A stretch of 40,604 nt of DNA from positions 1 to 40,604 of the IMG/VR virus record IMGVR_UViG_3300017774_001647. The stretch is one strand, 5' to 3'. Every line of letters begins with the position of its first letter. The stretch's first letter is position 1. Below the pieces are notes generated by a model. The model was not told where the DNA came from. It worked only from the letters and a program-made list of their open reading frames with translations, and did not search any database. The position numbers and the translations under genes were made by a program. Source of the DNA: a virus. Its lineage: Duplodnaviria; Caudoviricetes. Below are positions 36,774 to 40,604 of this stretch, in pieces.

Positions 36774-36824
36774 TATTATTGGCCTGCGAAGGAAGTGGAC
36801 TCGAAAGAGTTACCAACCATAATA
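36774..36824 (+). ncRNA. Candidate structured cis-regulatory RNA (three-way junction, two GNRA tetraloops)
   Basis: P1 TATTAT(T)GG/CCATAATA; P2 CCT-GCGA-AGG; P3 TGG-ACTC-GAAA-GAGT-TA-CCA. GC-rich island in an AT-rich gap. Confidence 0.55.
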
Positions 36825-36834
36825 AAATATAGAT

Positions 36835-36948
36835 ATGAATAGAACTCACTATAATTATTGTATAGATAATACAATAGTACAATCAAACTATGGTTATGCA
36901 AATGGCCTATCATCTCAAATAGAGAGAAAGGAGGCATTCAATGCCTAA
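36835..36948 (+). CDS. 37-aa upstream ORF overlapping the fibre start codon
   Basis: MNRTHYNYCIDNTIVQSNYGYANGLSSQIERKEAFNA*. The stop lies within ATGCCTAA at 36941-48. Confidence 0.35.
   Translation: MNRTHYNYCIDNTIVQSNYGYANGLSSQIERKEAFNA
36927..36934 (+). promoter_or_regulatory. Strong Shine-Dalgarno AAAGGAGG
   Basis: 6 nt before ATG 36941; the only such site I found before any start codon in the window. Confidence 0.6.
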
Positions 36949-39520
36949 TTGGAAGAAACTGATAGTCAGTGGATCTGACGCTACGTTAAGATCTCTCAAT
37001 GTAACCAATGGAATCACAGGCTCCTTATTCGGAACCGCTAGTTTTGCCACTTTTGCAACTACTGCATCTTATGCTTTAAACGCTGAAGAAAGCGTATTTA
37101 CTGCTATTGTAACCAATAATGGTGCTTCTAACTATGTAGTAGATGGTGTTGTAAAACCCATACTTACATTTGTCCCCGGCGCATCTTATAGATTTGACAC
37201 TTCAGGAGTAAATGGTAGCCACCCATTTAGATTTTCTTTAGCTCCTAATGGTCCTACTCAATATACTTATGGTGTATCAATTGGAACTAATTTTACCCAA
37301 ATTGATATTGATTATAGTACCTCTCAATCTCTATACTACTATTGTACTAATCATAGTGGTATGGGTAATGAGGCTAATGTATTAAGACAAGAAAACTTAG
37401 TTGAAACAACTACATATAATACATTTACAGCATCTTTTAATACTTTTAGTGCCAATGTAAATTCACATATTTCATCAACAAATATATTTACTGGTTCTAT
37501 ACAAACCCAAGTAAATAATTTACAAGCTGCTACTTCATCATATGTTACTAATTCTCAGACATCATCTATGTCTGTTGCTTCGGCATCTATTGCTCAAACA
37601 GCATCCTTTGTAACATTAGCCCAATCTTCTTCTTTTGCATTAAATGCCATAAGCTCTTCATTTTCTACAACTGCATCTTTTGCTTTAACAGGAATTACTT
37701 CAAATTTACAACAAGTTGTAAATACCGGAAATGGCATTTCTAATTATAATGGTAATGGTGTTGCATCAATTCAATCAACCAATTTTACAAATAATAGAAC
37801 ACTATATCTTAATGATAATAGTTACCCTACTATAAGATTAGTAGACAATCTAAATGCATCAAATAATCTACAAATTGATATTGATACACTTAGTTTAGAT
37901 GGTGTATCCTATAATTGGTCAAATATTGTTAGTAGTACATCATCATATGCTTTATTTTCTATATCATCTTCGTTTGCAACTACTGCATCTTTTGCTTTAA
38001 ACGGAGGTAGCAGTACTAACACAGGTAGCCTTTTAACAACAGGTAGTGTTAGTGGTAATGTTTTAACATTTACTAAAGGGGATTCTACTACATTCAATTT
38101 AACAGTAAATACAGGTAGTGGCGGGGTTAGTACTAATACTGGTAGTCTTTTAACAACAGGTAGTGTTAGTGGCAATGTTTTAACATTCACTAAAGGTGAT
38201 TCAACTACATTTAATCTAACAGTAGCAACAGGAAGTGGTGGAGTAAGCACTAACACTGGTAGTCTTTTAACTACTGGTAGTGTTAGCGGTAACGTTTTAA
38301 CATTTACTAAAGGGGACTCAACCACATTCAATTTAACAGTAGCCACTGGTAGTGGCGGGGTTAGTACCAATACAGGTAGTCTTTTAACAACAGGTAGTGT
38401 TAGTGGTAACGTTTTAACATTTACTAAAGGTGATGCTACCACATTCAATCTAACAGTAAATACAGGTAGTGGTACTACCAATACAGGTAGCCTTTTAACT
38501 ACTGGTAGCGTTAGCGGTAATGTTTTGACGTTTACCAAGGGTGATTCAACTACATTTAGTTTAACAGTAAATACAGGTAGTGGTACTACCAATACTGGTA
38601 GCCTTTTAACAACAGGTAGTGTTAGTGGTAATGTTTTGACATTCACTAAAGGTGATTCAACTACATTTAGTTTAACAGTAGCAACAGGTAGCGGTGGCGG
38701 TGGTGGAGGCGGGTCTACCGTAACACATACCCAAGCAGCAGCTGCTAATACGTGGACTTTTAACCACAACCTAAATACACAAACACCACTATTACAGGTA
38801 TACGATTTAGGATACCAGCAAATTATACCAAATGAAATAGTTAGTATTAATGCGTTTACTTCTGAAATAAGATTTGATTATACACAAGCAGGATATGCTG
38901 TTGCATCTACAGGTGGTGGATTAGTTATAACTGGGTCTACTGCTAAACTAATACAAACTGCACCTGCTGCCACTTGGTCTTTTGCTCATAATTTAGGAAC
39001 CAAATATCCAGGATTTGAGATATTTAATTCAAACGATGATGTAGTAATACCTGCGGGTATTCATGTAGTGGATGAAAACAATGCACAAATATATTTTGCA
39101 CTTCCTTCTACAGGTGTAGCAATAGCAAACTTTAGTGGTATAGATGGTGTATATCCATCTTCCTCTTATGCGTTTACTGCCTCATATTCGGATGAATTCT
39201 ACATAGGTCAAACACAAACAGAATACGCTACTGTTGCATCCTCCATAAACGGATCTAATACTATTTTTAATCAAGCAACAGGATCATATACATCTGCTTT
39301 CTTTAAGTATACCGTAGGTAAGACTACTAATGCAAGATCAGGTGAAATAATGGCTGTATGGAACGGGACAACTGTAGCATTTACAGATAACTCTACAACA
39401 GATATAGGTTCAACCACACCAGTAACTGCTTCTGTTGTTATATCAGGAGCGAATATAAGGTTAAACGTGCAAACCAATACAAGTGGTTGGAAGGTAAAAT
39501 CAATAGCAACATTTATGTAA
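36941..39520 (+). CDS. Long fibre-type virion protein with cupredoxin-like module and tandem repeats
   Basis: MPNWKKLIVSGS; H94..C135-x2-H138-x2-M141; ASFA repeats; six 37-39-aa repeats; two W.F.HNL.T..P modules. Confidence 0.75.
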   Translation: MPNWKKLIVSGSDATLRSLNVTNGITGSLFGTASFATFATTASYALNAEESVFTAIVTNNGASNYVVDGVVKPILTFVPGASYRFDTSGVNGSHPFRFSLAPNGPTQYTYGVSIGTNFTQIDIDYSTSQSLYYYCTNHSGMGNEANVLRQENLVETTTYNTFTASFNTFSANVNSHISSTNIFTGSIQTQVNNLQAATSSYVTNSQTSSMSVASASIAQTASFVTLAQSSSFALNAISSSFSTTASFALTGITSNLQQVVNTGNGISNYNGNGVASIQSTNFTNNRTLYLNDNSYPTIRLVDNLNASNNLQIDIDTLSLDGVSYNWSNIVSSTSSYALFSISSSFATTASFALNGGSSTNTGSLLTTGSVSGNVLTFTKGDSTTFNLTVNTGSGGVSTNTGSLLTTGSVSGNVLTFTKGDSTTFNLTVATGSGGVSTNTGSLLTTGSVSGNVLTFTKGDSTTFNLTVATGSGGVSTNTGSLLTTGSVSGNVLTFTKGDATTFNLTVNTGSGTTNTGSLLTTGSVSGNVLTFTKGDSTTFSLTVNTGSGTTNTGSLLTTGSVSGNVLTFTKGDSTTFSLTVATGSGGGGGGGSTVTHTQAAAANTWTFNHNLNTQTPLLQVYDLGYQQIIPNEIVSINAFTSEIRFDYTQAGYAVASTGGGLVITGSTAKLIQTAPAATWSFAHNLGTKYPGFEIFNSNDDVVIPAGIHVVDENNAQIYFALPSTGVAIANFSGIDGVYPSSSYAFTASYSDEFYIGQTQTEYATVASSINGSNTIFNQATGSYTSAFFKYTVGKTTNARSGEIMAVWNGTTVAFTDNSTTDIGSTTPVTASVVISGANIRLNVQTNTSGWKVKSIATFM
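38012..38695 (+). repeat. Six tandem coding repeats (117/111-bp period)
   Basis: Units start at 38012, 38129, 38246, 38363, 38474 and 38585. Peptide TNTGSLLTTGSVSGNVLTFTKGDSTTF[N/S]LTV[N/A]TGSG. Confidence 0.95.
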
Positions 39521-39531
39521 TTATATAGAAT

Positions 39532-40604
39532 ATGTTAATAAATTCACCCAATATATCAGGATCACTAAAGGTATCAGGTAATACTGTTATAACAGGCAGT
39601 TTAACTACCTCTATTGCGGCTCTTGGTACTGCCGCAACTACTTTTTTAACAAGTAATAACGGAACAATTAGATCAAGAACTGCTGCTCAAACATTAAGTG
39701 ATATAGGAGGTCAGGCTTCAGGTAACTATCTTACCATTTCATCCGCAACTGGTTCATATGTACCATACACAGGTGCTACAGGAACAGTTAATCTAGGCTA
39801 TAATCCACTACTCGCTTCATACATTAGGATAAATGGTGATGCACCTACAGCAGGTTCTTACCTTGGATTTAAGCAGGCTACAAATGTAAATACCGGGGAT
39901 GGTGGATACACATCCATTTCTACATTTGGGACAAATACAATGACTTTTCTATTTGCCCAGCCAACAGGATATAAGAGCATTTCTTTTAGCGTTATAGGAA
40001 TTACGCAAGATGTTTCTGGGGGAAGAGTATATACTATGCCTGATTCGAGTGGTACTTTGGCATTGACTTCAAACCTAGGATCATACCTACCTCTTACAGG
40101 AGGTGCTATAACAGGTTCGTTAATTGTAACTGGAGGTATAACGGGTAATGTAACAGGATCTGCAACTACTGCTTCATATGTTGAATATAGTAATGTAGCA
40201 AATAAGCCCACGTTAGTATCAAGTTCTGTTCAAGTTAAAGGATATAATGTATTTGCTACTACTGGATCTAATCAATTCAACGGTAGCCAAGCGGTAACCG
40301 GGTCTTTAACCGTAACTGGACAAGTAGTTGCACAAACCTTAAATGTGCAGCAAGTTACTTCTTCCATTGTATTTTCTAGTGGTTCAAATATATTTGGAAA
40401 TAATGTATCTAATACGCAACAATTTACTGGTTCTCTACAAGTAACAGGTTCAACCCATTATCTATTAGGTAATGTAGGGGTTGGAAGTACTAGTCCTGTT
40501 AAAAATTTAGAAGTTAGGGGTACTTTAGCAATATCTAACAGCCCTTCATCCTATTGGTATATGGATAGAGATGATAGTGATGGTAGATTTAAAATATTAA
40601 CAGA
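39532..40604 (+). CDS. Tail-fibre-like protein, 3'-truncated by the window (absent from the ORF track)
   Basis: ATG 39532 gives MLINSPNISGSLKVSGN..., open to the window end; includes YLPLTGG, TGSLTVTG and GNVGVGSTSP fibre motifs. Confidence 0.75.
   Translation, partial: MLINSPNISGSLKVSGNTVITGSLTTSIAALGTAATTFLTSNNGTIRSRTAAQTLSDIGGQASGNYLTISSATGSYVPYTGATGTVNLGYNPLLASYIRINGDAPTAGSYLGFKQATNVNTGDGGYTSISTFGTNTMTFLFAQPTGYKSISFSVIGITQDVSGGRVYTMPDSSGTLALTSNLGSYLPLTGGAITGSLIVTGGITGNVTGSATTASYVEYSNVANKPTLVSSSVQVKGYNVFATTGSNQFNGSQAVTGSLTVTGQVVAQTLNVQQVTSSIVFSSGSNIFGNNVSNTQQFTGSLQVTGSTHYLLGNVGVGSTSPVKNLEVRGTLAISNSPSSYWYMDRDDSDGRFKILT

Noticed and set aside
36774-36824. c-di-GMP-I (GEMM) riboswitch or hammerhead ribozyme identity for the structured RNA
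   Set aside because: The GAAA-capped stem is superficially similar, but there is no second GEMM hairpin with tetraloop receptor and no CUGAnGA hammerhead core. Left unassigned.
38012-38695. CRISPR array or DGR template/variable repeats
   Set aside because: The repeats are in-frame and contiguous with no spacers, differences are synonymous and not adenine-specific, and there is no reverse transcriptase or cas operon in the window.
2571-40211. Minus-strand ORFs in the track (e.g. 13370..14101, 30265..30861, 37909..38769, 39858..40211) and 30776..30997 (+)
   Set aside because: All lie within or across well-supported + strand genes. They are shadows of biased codon usage and repeats, with no recognisable motifs.
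1-40604. Stop-codon reassignment (alternative genetic code)
   Set aside because: Genes tile densely under the standard code, and TAA, TGA and TAG all end genes at sensible junctions.
1-40604. tRNA, rRNA, transposase or integrase genes
   Set aside because: No cloverleaf or T-loop signature in any intergenic gap, and no recombinase motifs in the ORFs.

Overview
This is a 40.6-kb, AT-rich segment of a large T4-like (myovirus-type) bacteriophage genome. All credible genes lie on the + strand. From left to right it contains: baseplate/tail-collar genes; a long block of small accessory genes, interrupted by a GIY-YIG nuclease, a DNA primase and a PD-(D/E)xK exonuclease; a metallophosphoesterase; the head module (TerL, portal, prohead protease, scaffold, gp23-type major capsid protein); PhoH; neck/tail-completion genes; and fibre genes. 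A Bacteroidota host is inferred from the near-absence of Shine-Dalgarno sites and one TTG-N19-TAnnTTT promoter. Three unexplained patterns stand out. (1) About 15-20 unrelated ORFs share an N-terminal leader resembling a capsid-targeting sequence (MKxSxLxxII..E, or MKxFxxxNFLxENKLT) and carry repeated [L/I/V]-x-E sites between modules. This suggests a modular, protease-processed capsid-cargo system whose cargo includes a methyltransferase, a ParB-like protein, an acidic protein and hydrophobic helices; there is also a leader-only relic ORF. (2) A TATTTAT(A) motif, the reverse complement of the T4 late promoter, sits in most intergenic gaps. (3) A compact three-way-junction RNA with two GNRA loops, a 37-aa uORF and the only strong SD I found precede a fibre gene that carries an amicyanin-type copper motif and six synonymously diverged repeats. 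All calls come from reading motifs by eye; no searches were run.
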